A DNA stretch of 64,000 bases from Gammaproteobacteria bacterium (GTDB taxonomy: Bacteria > Pseudomonadota > Gammaproteobacteria > Ga0077536), in the NCBI GenBank assembly GCA_963662545.2, contig CAXXLL010000003.1, positions 2,395,856 to 2,459,855 on the forward strand, read 5' to 3'. The notes beneath the pieces were generated by a model. The model was not told the DNA's origin. It worked only from the letters and a program-made list of their open reading frames with translations, and did not search any database. Shown piece by piece: positions 29,539 to 40,111 of this stretch; the stretch's first letter is position 1, and every line of letters begins with the position of its first letter. The translations under genes and the position numbers were made by a program.

Positions 29539-30769
29539 GATTCATTTCGCCGGTGCCCAAAGCGATCCGATCGGCGACCAATTTACCGGCACCGGGGGCC
29601 ATCGTCCATCCGAGATGTCCGTGTCCAGTGTTGACGAACAGCCCTTCAACCGGCGTGTCCCCCATGATCCCCACGCCATCGGGGGTCATCGGCCTGAACC
29701 CCGTCCAGTGCGCCGATTGCCTGCGGTCGATCTTTTTTGCACCCCCGGGATAGACGCGACGCACCAGTTCGTAGAGATTTTCTATCCGCCCGGGCGTCAA
29801 GGCATCATCGAATCCAGCGAACTCGGCGGTGCCGGCAACGCGCAGGCGATCACCGAGGGGACACATGGCGGCATGAAAATGATCGTCGATGACCGGGATC
29901 TGGGGCTTCGACGTCCAGTCGGACAGGGGTAGGGTGATAGAGTACCCCTTGACCGGCTGCACCGGGAGTTTTACCCCGACGCCTGCGGCCAGGCGCGTGC
30001 TGTGACTGCCGGCTGCAAGGACACAGGACTCGGCCGATATCACCTCAGCGTCGACGATCAAAGCGCGGAATTGACCATTCGTAACGAGGAGTTCGGACAC
30101 CTCGGATTCGAGCATAAACGAGACACCGTCGTCGGTGCACCGTTGCATCAACTCGCGGCAGAATTTGTGCGCATCACCCGACACGTCGTCCGGGAAATGG
30201 ATGCCTCCACTGAGTTCGCTCTCAATCCCTTGCAGCGCGGGTTCGAGCGACGCGACTTCCGATCGGGTTAGCGTAGTATAGCGAACATCCCATTGGCGAC
30301 AGCGCTCCGCGATGGCGACAGCATTGTCGAGCTCTTTTTCGGTGCGGAATATCTTGAGCGTGCCCAGATCGGCACGGTCGAAGTCAAAATTAAGCGAGGC
30401 GTAATGCTCGTTGAGTACTGACAATGAATAATCAGCGAGCCGGGTGTTTTTTTCGAGGTTAGAGTAGAAAATCCGCTCGCTGGAATTTCTGAAGAACGCG
30501 AACGACCAGGCCAGCATGCGCGGCAGGGCACGCGGCCTGATCAGGAGCGCGGAATCTTCGCGTCCCAACATCTTAAGCGCGTCCCATAGCACCCCGGGCG
30601 CATTCCAGGGGCTCGCCTGGCTGGCGTGCAGCATGCCCCCATTGGCAAAGCTCGTTTCTAGTCCGGCGCCGGGTTGACGATCGATCACTAGGACTTCTGC
30701 GCCGTGTTGGCGTAGAAAATACGCTGTGGTCAGGCCCAGCAAGCCGGCGCCGATTACGACGGTACGCAT
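29510..30769 (-). CDS. dadA: FAD-dependent D-amino acid dehydrogenase-like oxidoreductase
   Basis: 419 aa. MRTVVIGAGLLGLTTAYFL..VIDRQPGAGLETSFANGG closely parallels the DadA N-terminus. Confidence 0.7.
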   Translation of the reverse strand: MRTVVIGAGLLGLTTAYFLRQHGAEVLVIDRQPGAGLETSFANGGMLHASQASPWNAPGVLWDALKMLGREDSALLIRPRALPRMLAWSFAFFRNSSERIFYSNLEKNTRLADYSLSVLNEHYASLNFDFDRADLGTLKIFRTEKELDNAVAIAERCRQWDVRYTTLTRSEVASLEPALQGIESELSGGIHFPDDVSGDAHKFCRELMQRCTDDGVSFMLESEVSELLVTNGQFRALIVDAEVISAESCVLAAGSHSTRLAAGVGVKLPVQPVKGYSITLPLSDWTSKPQIPVIDDHFHAAMCPLGDRLRVAGTAEFAGFDDALTPGRIENLYELVRRVYPGGAKKIDRRQSAHWTGFRPMTPDGVGIMGDTPVEGLFVNTGHGHLGWTMAPGAGKLVADRIALGTGEMNLAEYSLDRY

Positions 30770-30858
30770 CCGCGAAGATTCCTGGTCATTCAGTTAGCCC
30801 GTATCTTCGCTATCGACCCCAATATTTGCAATCACCTGCGGCCGCACCGGCCGTGTAG

Positions 30859-32769
30859 TCATTCGCTCCTGGTCGTGATGCGCACGCCGGAAAATCCCGC
30901 GATTCCGGGTTGGGCGAACCCCAGCGCTTCTTCGTAATTTTCGTCGAGCAGGTTATCGACGCGTAGGAATAATCGAACGTGCCGATTCACTTGATATCCC
31001 GCCGAAACTCCAACCGAGGCAGTTCCGCCAAGGGGTACGCGTGAGCGTGGAAAGCTTGAAAAATCAAAATCGTCCCGATTGCCGACGATGTTGACGCGCA
31101 AATTGATATCGCCGCGCCCATCGAATACGAAATAGCTGGCGTCAATAGAACCCTGGTGGGTTGGAATGCGCACCTTGGTGAGCCGTGGGCCGTCGAGTAA
31201 ATCCGTAGCCTTGACGTAGGTGTAGCCGCCAGTCGCTTCAAATGCGTCGCCGACCCTGGCTCGAACGCTGATCTCGATTCCGCGCCGCCGCGTGATCCCA
31301 GGCAGATTGATCGCGGTGAACGCCCCGCCACCCGCGGAGAAGAAGCCGTTGATCTCTTTCTCGGTACGCTCATTAAAGTAACTCACGTCCAGAAGGCTGG
31401 CGAACGGCTCGAAGCGCTGCCGAAAACTGACCTCCCAACCCGTCGATTTTTCCGGTTGCAGGCCGGCATTACCAATAAACGTGATCCCGAAACCCGGACT
31501 GAAGCCGAATCGCTCGAAAAACGTCGGATCCTTTTGGCCGGTGCCGTAGACGAGTGTAATCCGTCCGAGATCGAACGGCATATCGTAGGCACCCGCCGCC
31601 CGGAATGTGGTAACGTTTTTGAAATCACTATTACGGTCGTAGCGCACACTGGCGCTTACGCCAAACGCATCGAACCAGCGTGAAGCATATTCTACAACGT
31701 AGCCCGTGACGTCGAGGTTGCGGCCGAATCCCCGCTGGTTGAATTCCTCCAATTCGTGATCCAGCGCGAATACTAGCGCATGATCATCAACCCACCAGCC
31801 TTCGGTCCTGAACCGCCAGGTCGATTGATAACTGAACGCATACTTGTCGCCGCTTAGGCTGCTGTCGAGAAACGCTGCGGGATCGAACGAACTGTTTTTC
31901 GTAGACGTCCAGCGCCCATAGAGTTGCTGCATCCACACCCCGTCCCATAACGCCAGGGTCAGTCCCGCACTCGCATAACTCTGATTGGTATCCGAGACAC
32001 CCGCTGAGTCGATCGGCAGGCTGGTTACGAAATCGAAACTGTCTATCTGGGAATTGGTGCTGGTATGGCGGATACTGGCATCGAGTCTTAATGCGTCATT
32101 AAGCTGTAAGCGACTTTTGATGTTAACGGTTTGCTGGTGATAAGCATCGTCTTCATCGCCTTCGCGTGAGATATTGGTTCCGCCCGTATCGGTACGATTC
32201 ACTGCGGCTCTTACCGACAGTTTGTCGATACTCCCACCGACGCTCGCGCTGATCCGGTTGGTCGCGAAACTGCCGCCTTCGAGCACGAAATCCGCCGAGA
32301 ACGCCTCGTCTCCACCGCGCGTGATGATATTGATGACGCCCGCCACGGCTTCGCTTCCCCACAGTGAACTGTGCGGGCCGCGGACGATTTCGATTCGCTC
32401 GATATTATCGCTCGTAAGACTGGCGAAATCGAAACCATCGGTCGTCGACAGATCGTTCGCTTCAATACCATCGATAAGGACGAGCACGTGGTTCGCTTCC
32501 GCGCCGCGTACGCGTATCTGGGTCATCTTTCCGACGCCGCCCGAGTTGCTGACTGCCAGGCCCGGCACAGTACGCAGTAAATCGGAGACGAAAGTGATGT
32601 GCCGTCTTTCAATTTCGGCGCGGGTGATGACCGAAACGGAACTCGTCACCTCGGCGATGGATTGCGGCATACGCGAGGCCGTGACGATCATGGTTTCGAG
32701 ATATTCCCGCTCGCCGGCAGACGCGACGACCGCTGCCAAGGTGGCTACGAAAAGACAGATAATGGGCAT
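30859..32769 (-). CDS. btuB: TonB-dependent outer-membrane receptor, BtuB-like (cobalamin/corrinoid uptake inferred from the riboswitch)
   Basis: 636 aa. Signal peptide, TonB box ETMIVTASR, plug VRGAEANHVLVLIDG. A cobalamin riboswitch lies upstream. Confidence 0.8.
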   Translation of the reverse strand: MPIICLFVATLAAVVASAGEREYLETMIVTASRMPQSIAEVTSSVSVITRAEIERRHITFVSDLLRTVPGLAVSNSGGVGKMTQIRVRGAEANHVLVLIDGIEANDLSTTDGFDFASLTSDNIERIEIVRGPHSSLWGSEAVAGVINIITRGGDEAFSADFVLEGGSFATNRISASVGGSIDKLSVRAAVNRTDTGGTNISREGDEDDAYHQQTVNIKSRLQLNDALRLDASIRHTSTNSQIDSFDFVTSLPIDSAGVSDTNQSYASAGLTLALWDGVWMQQLYGRWTSTKNSSFDPAAFLDSSLSGDKYAFSYQSTWRFRTEGWWVDDHALVFALDHELEEFNQRGFGRNLDVTGYVVEYASRWFDAFGVSASVRYDRNSDFKNVTTFRAAGAYDMPFDLGRITLVYGTGQKDPTFFERFGFSPGFGITFIGNAGLQPEKSTGWEVSFRQRFEPFASLLDVSYFNERTEKEINGFFSAGGGAFTAINLPGITRRRGIEISVRARVGDAFEATGGYTYVKATDLLDGPRLTKVRIPTHQGSIDASYFVFDGRGDINLRVNIVGNRDDFDFSSFPRSRVPLGGTASVGVSAGYQVNRHVRLFLRVDNLLDENYEEALGFAQPGIAGFSGVRITTRSE

Positions 32770-32919
32770 GTCAGACTCCCGCTGCGACCCACACCCGGGT
32801 AGCAGTTAACGGCTGATCGCCGCGGAACGGGAAACGTGCGGAAAATCTGACGGGAGATTTCGCGCCGACTCGACCCACCGCGATTCGGTTGAGGAAACCG
32901 CTCCAGGGTTTCCCAATCA

Positions 32920-33140
32920 GCGCGCGGCCGGTCTCCGGACTCGCGAGTGACGAGGATTAGAATCTCGCCGCAATCTCCGCCTTCCCGTGCCGAGGCACAG
33001 TGGCATATCGAAGATTGTTTACTCGCCTACCGTTGCGGGGGCAGCGCCGGATTTGCATCGATTGTAAAAATCGTGCGCACCGGCTTCCCGTTTAACCCGT
33101 CCGCGGGATTCGCGGACAGGAACCTGCACGCCAGGTTAAG
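32920..33140 (-). promoter_or_regulatory. Cobalamin (B12) riboswitch in the btuB-like leader
   Basis: Minus-strand read contains TTAAACGGGAAGCCGGTGCG...AATCCGGCGCTGCCCCCGCAACGGTAGG and the B12 box AGTCCGGAGACCGGCC (plus-strand 32927-32943). Confidence 0.85.
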
Positions 33141-33424
33141 TAACAGGCTAACGGACGCGTTTCGCGATCACAAGCGCCTAGCTCGCAGCCTGCGGATTTT
33201 CAAATAAGGATCGAGCGGTTGGATTTCACCGCGGCCCCGGTTATTCACCCGGGGCTCTGCCGTTTAGCGGGCGCTCATACCTGGTGGAATGCTCGCGGCC
33301 CGGAACAGAAGTTCAGGCCGCACTACATTCATATAACGGTTACAGACTGTCGGAAAACGCCATTCTTGAACAGCCTGCCAACCCGTTGCACGCGTTTCGC
33401 CCGCGCTCCGTCGTTGCCGACTTA

Positions 33425-33760
33425 TCAGGCGACGACGTCCTTGATGGCTTTCATGGCCGTGGCGCGCACCGAGAGGCTGGCCGGCCGTGCGTCCACCTTG
33501 ACCATTTCACCCGTGAACGGGTTGCGCGCCATGCCGGCCTTACGTGCGGCCTTTTGTGCGCGGCGAAATTTCACGCCGAGGTCAGGGACCGTAAATTCAC
33601 CTGACCCCTTCTTCACCAAGTGCCTGGCAGCAAGATCCTTTGTCGCTAAAAATACGGCTTGCACTTCTTTTTTGGTCAGACCCGTTTCTTCTGAAAGCGC
33701 GCTCAGGATCTGCGACTTGGTTTGCTTGTCGTTAATGGCGCGTGGTTTAGCTTGGCTCAT
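33425..33760 (-). CDS. HU/IHF-family DNA-binding protein with a short N-terminal extension
   Basis: 111 aa. KSQILSALSEETGLTKKEVQAVF..GEFTVPDLGVKF..ARNPFTGEMVKVDA (beta-arm RNPxTG). Confidence 0.85.
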   Translation of the reverse strand: MSQAKPRAINDKQTKSQILSALSEETGLTKKEVQAVFLATKDLAARHLVKKGSGEFTVPDLGVKFRRAQKAARKAGMARNPFTGEMVKVDARPASLSVRATAMKAIKDVVA

Positions 33761-34067
33761 AGTTTCTCCCTTACCAGGTGGTAGCGTTATTCTCCCAGCG
33801 AAGTCCGTGGTTCGATCCTTCGCAAATACAAGTTCGTCGCTGACGCCTAATCATCGAAGCAGATTTCTCCAGTGAACTCGATGCGTCTGTCCCCAAAGTT
33901 CACGGCCCTCTTTCGCGCGATGCGTTCGATGGCCAAACCGATCAGGATGGTACCGGCGCCGCAGGTCTGAATCGACCGCGTTAATATAATGCCCGCCACG
34001 AAAATTGGAAGCCTTGACACGCAGAAATATGGATTTATTCGCGAAGAAATGTTGAATCCCGTGCATC

Positions 34068-35678
34068 TCAATCGGGCCGGGCGTCGTCCCCATCGAACCT
34101 GACCCTCCCCAACATTGTCAGAACTGTACCCTTGGTTGCGGTTTTATCCCACATGCTTACCTCGACGACTTCAAGTCGATCCTTAATTCGCTCATAGGGA
34201 TACATCGGGGGAAATTCATGTCCCGGCCACTGCGTGGCGGCCATCATGAAGACATAGGGGCAATCCCGAAGCCGCGCAAAAAAACGCTCGTCGTTGGTCG
34301 AAACACCCGCAAGCGGCTGGCCGCGCCTGCGGCCGTACAGCGGAATATAGGAATAGGCCGCGGACGATACGCAGGCTCCGGCCGGTAGATGCTCGTCGAT
34401 TCCGCGCATAGCATCAAGCACGCGCGTCACGCCGTTCATCACGGCCGTTGCCCGGAGGGGTGTATCGTACATATACCATTGCGGGGAGCGCACGAAATTT
34501 TCGGCTGCGGTGCCCTCCGATGCGATCACCTGCCGCACCATGACGAGCGTGCTTGGCGCGAGCACCAGCATGATGATTACGATCTGAGCCATGCCTGCTA
34601 CCTGGCGGATCGAGGGTGCGCAATAGCTAGCCAGAAAATTGACGCCGACATAACTGTAGAACAGAAAGATCGGGAGCAGAACCTGCAGGAACCGGCGCAT
34701 ATGATCGGGGTACGGCCACACGGCGATGAGCGCGAGATAAAAGGCGAGGTAGAGGCTTTCGATTTCAAAACGCCGCGCCCGTAAGATCCAGCCGACAAAG
34801 AACAGCAACGACAACAATCCCACTGCATAGCTTGCATGCGGCGTCCCGATCAAATCGAAGCCGCGAACGAGTCCTAGCCAAATGGCCGGCAGATTAATTG
34901 CGAGCTGATCCGCCAGGTAGGCAAAAGTCGCCGGTAGGGATTCCCGTGCCACAGAATCGATGTAGCTCGACTCCATGCCGTTGATGGTTTTCACGAGAGT
35001 CCATGCCGTGATCGGCACCAATGCCAGGATCAGGATTGTCAACCGTTTGCTACGGGTCGCATCAGACAGCCAATGGATCAGCAGAGCCGCGATGCTGGTA
35101 ATGCCGACCATTCTTACCAGCGCGCTCATCCCGATCAGAACCGCGCCGATGGCGTGCGCCGGAGACCCGGCCCGTTCGACTCGCCACAATGTGAACCCTG
35201 CGAACACCATAGCCACGTACAGCGGTTCGCTCTGTATCGAAATAGCCGTGAGCATGGTCGCGGGCGACAAGGCAAAAATCAACGTGATGCCCAGCGCTTC
35301 CGCCAGCAACAATCGTTGCGTCCGCAGCCACAGGTACACAGCACAAACGGCGCCCGCCGACATGCATGATGTCGCTGCATAGCTCGCCACCGGATAGTCA
35401 CTGCCGCCACCCATGAACGCCAGCAACAGCGGATAGAGCGGCGGAAAAGTGAAATCGTAGAACATCGAAACGCCTAACTCATGAAGCGCCGGCCGGTACG
35501 GCGAGAGATAGTCCGCAATCGTGAGGTAGACACCGGAGTCCGTGATATTTCCGATATATCCGTCCCGGACCGACAACCAGGTGTAGAAAACGGCGGAGAG
35601 CAAGAACAGGGGACCCGCTTCGATCAAACACTGGCGTGCCGTCAACGCCGCGCCGTTCGCAGGTTGGTTAGACCACAT
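34068..35678 (-). CDS. Large polytopic membrane protein, GT-C-like (ArnT/PMT-type) with a C-terminal soluble domain
   Basis: Start taken at MWSNQP (35678), because the longer ORF would overlap the Sir2 gene. At least 11 predicted TM helices followed by a ~160 aa hydrophilic tail. Family assignment tentative. Confidence 0.5.
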   Translation of the reverse strand: MWSNQPANGAALTARQCLIEAGPLFLLSAVFYTWLSVRDGYIGNITDSGVYLTIADYLSPYRPALHELGVSMFYDFTFPPLYPLLLAFMGGGSDYPVASYAATSCMSAGAVCAVYLWLRTQRLLLAEALGITLIFALSPATMLTAISIQSEPLYVAMVFAGFTLWRVERAGSPAHAIGAVLIGMSALVRMVGITSIAALLIHWLSDATRSKRLTILILALVPITAWTLVKTINGMESSYIDSVARESLPATFAYLADQLAINLPAIWLGLVRGFDLIGTPHASYAVGLLSLLFFVGWILRARRFEIESLYLAFYLALIAVWPYPDHMRRFLQVLLPIFLFYSYVGVNFLASYCAPSIRQVAGMAQIVIIMLVLAPSTLVMVRQVIASEGTAAENFVRSPQWYMYDTPLRATAVMNGVTRVLDAMRGIDEHLPAGACVSSAAYSYIPLYGRRRGQPLAGVSTNDERFFARLRDCPYVFMMAATQWPGHEFPPMYPYERIKDRLEVVEVSMWDKTATKGTVLTMLGRVRFDGDDARPD

Positions 35679-35707
35679 ATTGCACCGGAATTCTACCGCG
35701 TCTATGT

Positions 35708-36478
35708 TCAGCAGGTTTTCAAAGCCTGGTCGATCGCTTCCAGCGCCGTCAAAGCGCCGGATACGATCCGGTGGCTTACATGGTCGGACAGATCGGTCCG
35801 ATCCGGGTTTATTTCGACCGTTATGCAACCCCTCGTGGTCGCTTCGGCGACGGGGCTGTAAATGTAGGGGAAACCAGCGGTCGTACCGATGGCAAATAGT
35901 ACGTCGAAGCCGCGATCAATTTCGCGTTCGTAGGTTTTCGTCGCCGCACTCGGCAAGCTTTCTCCGAAAAGAACGACATCGGGTCGCACCAGGCCGTCGC
36001 ATTTGTCGCACCTCGGCGGCATTGCGAGCAGCTCGAAATCCTCGACATCGAATGCTGCCCGACAATCACAACAGAACAGATGTCGCAAATTGCCGTGCAG
36101 CTCGATGACGTTGGCGCTGCCGGCCGCTTGATGAAACCCGTCGACGTTTTGGGTGATCACCCATAGGTCAAAATGCGCGTCCCATTGAGCAAGCAGATAA
36201 TGACCGTTGTTGGGTTGCGCGCCACGACAGGCGTGTTCGATTTGGGCGAGGTATTTCCAGGTCAACGCGGAATTACACGCAAAGGTATAGGCGTGCAGGA
36301 TCTCTTCGATCGGCATCCCTTCCTCGACGCTCATATCGTTATACAGGCCGCCGATACCGCGGTAAGTCGGTAGACCCGATTCTGCGGACATTCCCGCCCC
36401 GGTAATGACGGCGACACGCTTCGCGCTGCGCAGCGCTGTGGCAATCTGTTCGATGTTGCCGCGTTCGGGATTGCTCAC
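35708..36478 (-). CDS. cobB: NAD-dependent protein deacylase, Sir2/CobB family
   Basis: 256 aa. GAGMSAESGLPTYRG, QNVDGFH, HG, Zn site CCDC...CDKC. Confidence 0.85.
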   Translation of the reverse strand: MSNPERGNIEQIATALRSAKRVAVITGAGMSAESGLPTYRGIGGLYNDMSVEEGMPIEEILHAYTFACNSALTWKYLAQIEHACRGAQPNNGHYLLAQWDAHFDLWVITQNVDGFHQAAGSANVIELHGNLRHLFCCDCRAAFDVEDFELLAMPPRCDKCDGLVRPDVVLFGESLPSAATKTYEREIDRGFDVLFAIGTTAGFPYIYSPVAEATTRGCITVEINPDRTDLSDHVSHRIVSGALTALEAIDQALKTC

Positions 36479-36633
36479 GCGTTACCTCACTCGCTCAAGC
36501 CGCGGTTTCGGCTACGCTATCGGCACCGGCTGCCACCAGAGAATGGCATTACGCGCCCGACCTCCCGAGGCGCCGGTCACGAGCGCTGTACGATGTTCCT
36601 AAGCACGGTTCAATACGGTGTCTTCAGGTATCG

Positions 36634-36713
36634 ATTCGCCCGCAAGCGGGCTCCTACGAGTGCCGGTGGTTTATATCCGGGGCATTGTTGTAGGACCCCG
36701 CCTGCGGGCGATT
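36634..36713. repeat. REP-like inverted pair (second unit degenerate)
   Basis: ATTCGCCCGCAAGCGGGCTCCTAC at 36634-36657. GTAGGACCCCGCCTGCGGGCGAT at 36690-36712. Confidence 0.8.
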
Positions 36714-36725
36714 CATTCGTAACAC

Positions 36726-38432
36726 CTATTGGACCCGGGCCAGCGGCCCCCGGACCAGGCGTCCTGGCAGGTTACCGCTGTGTTCATTATTTTCGAGCAG
36801 GATTTCGCCGTTGACGACGGTCGCGCTGATACCGGTCGCGGTCTGTTTTAACCGGGGAGCTCCGGAAGGTAGATCGTTAAGTAGTTCCGGCATGTTCTGA
36901 ACGATCGTGTCCGGATCGAACACGACGAGATCAGCGTTCATGCCTTCACGGATCAGGCCGCGGTCATGGAGCCCCCACGCTGTGGATGTATCGTAGGTGA
37001 TCAAACGCACCGCCTCTTCAAGCGTGAATTCCTGCCTGTCCCTGACCCAGTGACTCAGCAAATGCGTTTGCAGCGAAGAATCCATGATCTGGGCGACATG
37101 AGCGCCTGAATCGGAAAACGTCACGACGCTGCGCGGGTGCTTCATCATCTCGAGAACGTGGTCCTGGTTCTCGTTTGCCAGCGGCTGGCGGAAGAACACC
37201 TCGAAATCGCGCTCGATGGCGATATCGATCATCGCTTCAACTGGATGGACACCGCGAGCTCTCGCGACGTCCGCCATGACTTCCTCATCGCCGATATCAT
37301 TAAATAAATATACCCAGTCCCATTCGGGCGGGCGCGGTTCCGCGCCGACGATGCGCGGACCTTCGTACGGACGGCTCGCCACTTCGACCAGCTTCCGTTT
37401 GAATTCAGGATCACGCAGCAGATCTTTTTGTTCATCGAGCGGCTTCACTCGAAGGTCGCGCCAGACGTCCCAATCATCGAACGGGATATGCGATTTGAAC
37501 GACAACAAGGTCGAAATCGAACGGCTGTGCGACTGCAGAAACATACGGCCGCCCGCATCTGCTACTTCATTGGCAAGTTCGTAAAATAGTGGCCAGACTT
37601 CGGGCGCAATGCGCATGCTCGGCATGCCGAAAGTCACCGGTCGTCCCGACTCGACGGCGAGGTTCTTGAGACGGTCGAAGTATTCCCGCTGCCGTTTGGG
37701 ATTGCGACCGGGCGCCTCGCTGGCAATTTCGAAAATCCCGGCGCCAAGATCACCCATGGCGTTGACGATGGCCCGAACCTCTTCCCAGTCGGCGACGCGG
37801 CTCGCCACGGGTCGATCATCAGAGGTCAGATGGTTATAGGTACGCGAGGTCGAAAAGCCGATGGCGCCGGCCCGCACGGCATCCTGCACTTCGCGCTGCA
37901 TGCGCTCCAGTTCGTCGGGCGTAGCCTGCTCAATGAAGGCGCGTTCACCCATGACGTAAGTCCTGAGCGCCGAGTGCCCGATGTATCCGCCGTAGTTGAT
38001 ACCCTTCGGCAGTGCGTCGATAACGTCGAGATACTCGGGGAAGGTCTCCCAACGCCATTCGATGCCCGCCAACATTGCGTCGCGCGACAGGTCTTCGGCG
38101 CGCTCCAGGTTGCGGAACACCAGATCCGCGTCCTGCTCGGCACAAGGTGCCAGAGTAAAGCCGCAGTTGCCCATGATGACGGTCGTCACGCCGTGGTAGC
38201 AGGAAGACGAACCCAGGGGATCCCAGAAAATCTGCGCATCCATGTGGGTGTGGCCATCGACGAATCCAGGAGTTACCACCTGCCCGTCCGCATCGATCGT
38301 GCGCCGGGCCCCGCCTTTGATGCGCCCGATATTGACGATCTTGCCACCGGCGATACCGACGTCGGCGGGAAAGCGCGCGGCGCCGGAGCCGTCGATTACA
38401 TAGCCGTTTTTGATGACGAGATCGTATTGCAT
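36726..38432 (-). CDS. N-acyl-D-amino-acid deacylase (D-aminoacylase) family amidohydrolase
   Basis: 568 aa. DLVIKNGYVIDGSG..VTPGFVDGHTHMD..GVTTVIMGNCG. Confidence 0.8.
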   Translation of the reverse strand: MQYDLVIKNGYVIDGSGAARFPADVGIAGGKIVNIGRIKGGARRTIDADGQVVTPGFVDGHTHMDAQIFWDPLGSSSCYHGVTTVIMGNCGFTLAPCAEQDADLVFRNLERAEDLSRDAMLAGIEWRWETFPEYLDVIDALPKGINYGGYIGHSALRTYVMGERAFIEQATPDELERMQREVQDAVRAGAIGFSTSRTYNHLTSDDRPVASRVADWEEVRAIVNAMGDLGAGIFEIASEAPGRNPKRQREYFDRLKNLAVESGRPVTFGMPSMRIAPEVWPLFYELANEVADAGGRMFLQSHSRSISTLLSFKSHIPFDDWDVWRDLRVKPLDEQKDLLRDPEFKRKLVEVASRPYEGPRIVGAEPRPPEWDWVYLFNDIGDEEVMADVARARGVHPVEAMIDIAIERDFEVFFRQPLANENQDHVLEMMKHPRSVVTFSDSGAHVAQIMDSSLQTHLLSHWVRDRQEFTLEEAVRLITYDTSTAWGLHDRGLIREGMNADLVVFDPDTIVQNMPELLNDLPSGAPRLKQTATGISATVVNGEILLENNEHSGNLPGRLVRGPLARVQ

Positions 38433-38630
38433 TGGCGTTGCCGACTAGGTCAGGGAGTCTTCGCAGAGTACCAAGGTTCCGGATTTTCGCAAATTACGGG
38501 CGTTGAGGACGGATCGCGATGTCGCAGCCGGACGACCGCGGGCTTGCGCGTTACGGCGGTTCCGCGTGCAATACGTGCGGAATACGGCGAAAATTCCCAG
38601 TGGACCATCCGACCCTTGAAGGTGAGGCAG

Positions 38631-39803
38631 ATGACGGCTTATTCGATCATTGACGTCGACACCCATGTCACCGAGGCGCCCGATCTGTGGACGAGCCGGG
38701 TACCGGCGCACATGCGCGATGCCGTGCCGCAGATCCGGATCGACAAACGCGGCCGCAACATGTGGTACATCGGCGACCAAGTGATCGCCAAACTCGGGCT
38801 GAGCGCGACAGCCGGTGTCGGCGATATGAAGAAGCCACCCAACGGTTACGACGAAATGCATCCCGGCGCTTACGATGCCGATGCGCGGCTCGCGTACATG
38901 GACGAGATTGGGATCTGGGCGATGGTTATGTACCCCAACGTTGGTGGATTCGGTAATCAGGCATTCCTCAAACTCGGCGATGCCGAATTGATGTTGACCT
39001 GCGTTCAGGCTTACAACGACTGGCAGACGGAATGGTCGTCCGCCGATCCGCGACGCTTGCTGCCGATTACATCGACGCCATTCTGGGACGTGGACGCAGC
39101 GGCCGCGGAAGTCCGTCGCTGCGCGGCGATGGGACACAAGGGCATTCTGTTCACGGGCGAACCGCAATCTCTGGGACAACCCGTGCTCGGCGACCCGCAT
39201 TGGAATCCCTTGTGGGAGGTGGCTGTCGAGTACGATCTGCCGATCAGTTTTCATATCGGTTCCGGCAATATGGAGAGCGGAATCAATCGTGAAAAGATAA
39301 AGATTTACGGGCGTATGGCGGCTTTTACCGAAGTGTCGGTGGAAGTCTTCATGCGCAACGGCGTCCACCTGAGCGATCTGCTGCTTTGCGGTGTGCTGGC
39401 TCGTTATCCGGACATCAAGTTTGTGTCCGTCGAGAGTGGCATCGGCTGGATCCCGTTCGTTCTGGAAGCCCTTGATTATCAGTTTACTGACAACCGCGTC
39501 GCCGAAGAACGGCCGGATCTGGACATGCTGCCGTCCGCATACTTTGCGCGTAACGTCTACGGGTGTTACTGGTTCGAACAGATCGCACCACGGCGCCTGA
39601 TCGACAAGATCGGGGAGGACAACATTCTGTTCGAAACTGATTTCCCCCACCCGACGTCCTTGTTCGGAGAAGACGTACACGACCGCATCCGCACCGGTTT
39701 GAGCGAATGTGACGAGGGCGTGAAACACAAGATTCTTTGGGAGAATGCGCGGCGCCTGTACAAGGTCGAACAACCCGAAGCTGCGGTACAGACCATTGAC
39801 TGA
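38631..39803 (+). CDS. Amidohydrolase-2 (ACMSD/COG2159-type metal-dependent TIM-barrel hydrolase/decarboxylase)
   Basis: Start at MTAYSIIDVDTHV (ATG 38631, preceded by GGTGAGG), far inside the 657 aa track ORF whose upstream part is antisense to the deacylase gene. Confidence 0.75.
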   Translation: MTAYSIIDVDTHVTEAPDLWTSRVPAHMRDAVPQIRIDKRGRNMWYIGDQVIAKLGLSATAGVGDMKKPPNGYDEMHPGAYDADARLAYMDEIGIWAMVMYPNVGGFGNQAFLKLGDAELMLTCVQAYNDWQTEWSSADPRRLLPITSTPFWDVDAAAAEVRRCAAMGHKGILFTGEPQSLGQPVLGDPHWNPLWEVAVEYDLPISFHIGSGNMESGINREKIKIYGRMAAFTEVSVEVFMRNGVHLSDLLLCGVLARYPDIKFVSVESGIGWIPFVLEALDYQFTDNRVAEERPDLDMLPSAYFARNVYGCYWFEQIAPRRLIDKIGEDNILFETDFPHPTSLFGEDVHDRIRTGLSECDEGVKHKILWENARRLYKVEQPEAAVQTID

Positions 39804-39814
39804 TCAGGCTCGAT

Positions 39815-40111
39815 ATGACCGAAATCCAGACCCCCTTCCTGGAATTTCGCGAAATTCTTGCGCTTCATATCAAAGAAATTGAAGCACAGTATGTCGAACG
39901 CCATTCGATTGACTGGTATTTTTTAAGCTATCTGAAACGGGTATCGAAAAGCGCCATATCGACATCCTCCCCTCACGAAGTGAGCGGTGCCGTACGTGGT
40001 CTCACCCGATTTTACGTGGATTCAGTCGATGCGGGTTCGACCCTCGGCCGGCGCTTTGAAGAGGTCGTCAGTTTTCACCGACGCGCGGTCCGCCTCTATC
40101 GGCGTGAATGA
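39815..40111 (+). CDS. Hypothetical small protein
   Basis: 98 aa ORF starting 12 nt after the amidohydrolase stop. No recognisable motif and no clear SD. Confidence 0.35.
   Translation: MTEIQTPFLEFREILALHIKEIEAQYVERHSIDWYFLSYLKRVSKSAISTSSPHEVSGAVRGLTRFYVDSVDAGSTLGRRFEEVVSFHRRAVRLYRRE

Noticed and set aside
32947-33207. 86 aa plus-strand ORF upstream of the TonB receptor.
   Set aside because: It lies entirely across the cobalamin riboswitch on the opposite strand and has no coding signature.
33798-33825. GGTTCGATCC-containing stem (CGAAG..GGTTCGATC..CTTCG) resembling a tRNA T-arm.
   Set aside because: No acceptor, D or anticodon arms can be built around it. It is an isolated hairpin in the HU promoter region.
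35708-36478. Sir2-domain protein considered as a possible anti-phage (Sir2-based) defence component, together with the adjacent large membrane protein.
   Set aside because: It has the full canonical CobB/sirtuin deacylase architecture (GAGxS, QNVD, HG, Zn-ribbon CxxC...CxxC) at normal length (256 aa). It has no fused or adjacent defence-type partner such as HerA, TIR, pAgo or a helicase. The neighbour is a GT-C-like glycosyltransferase.
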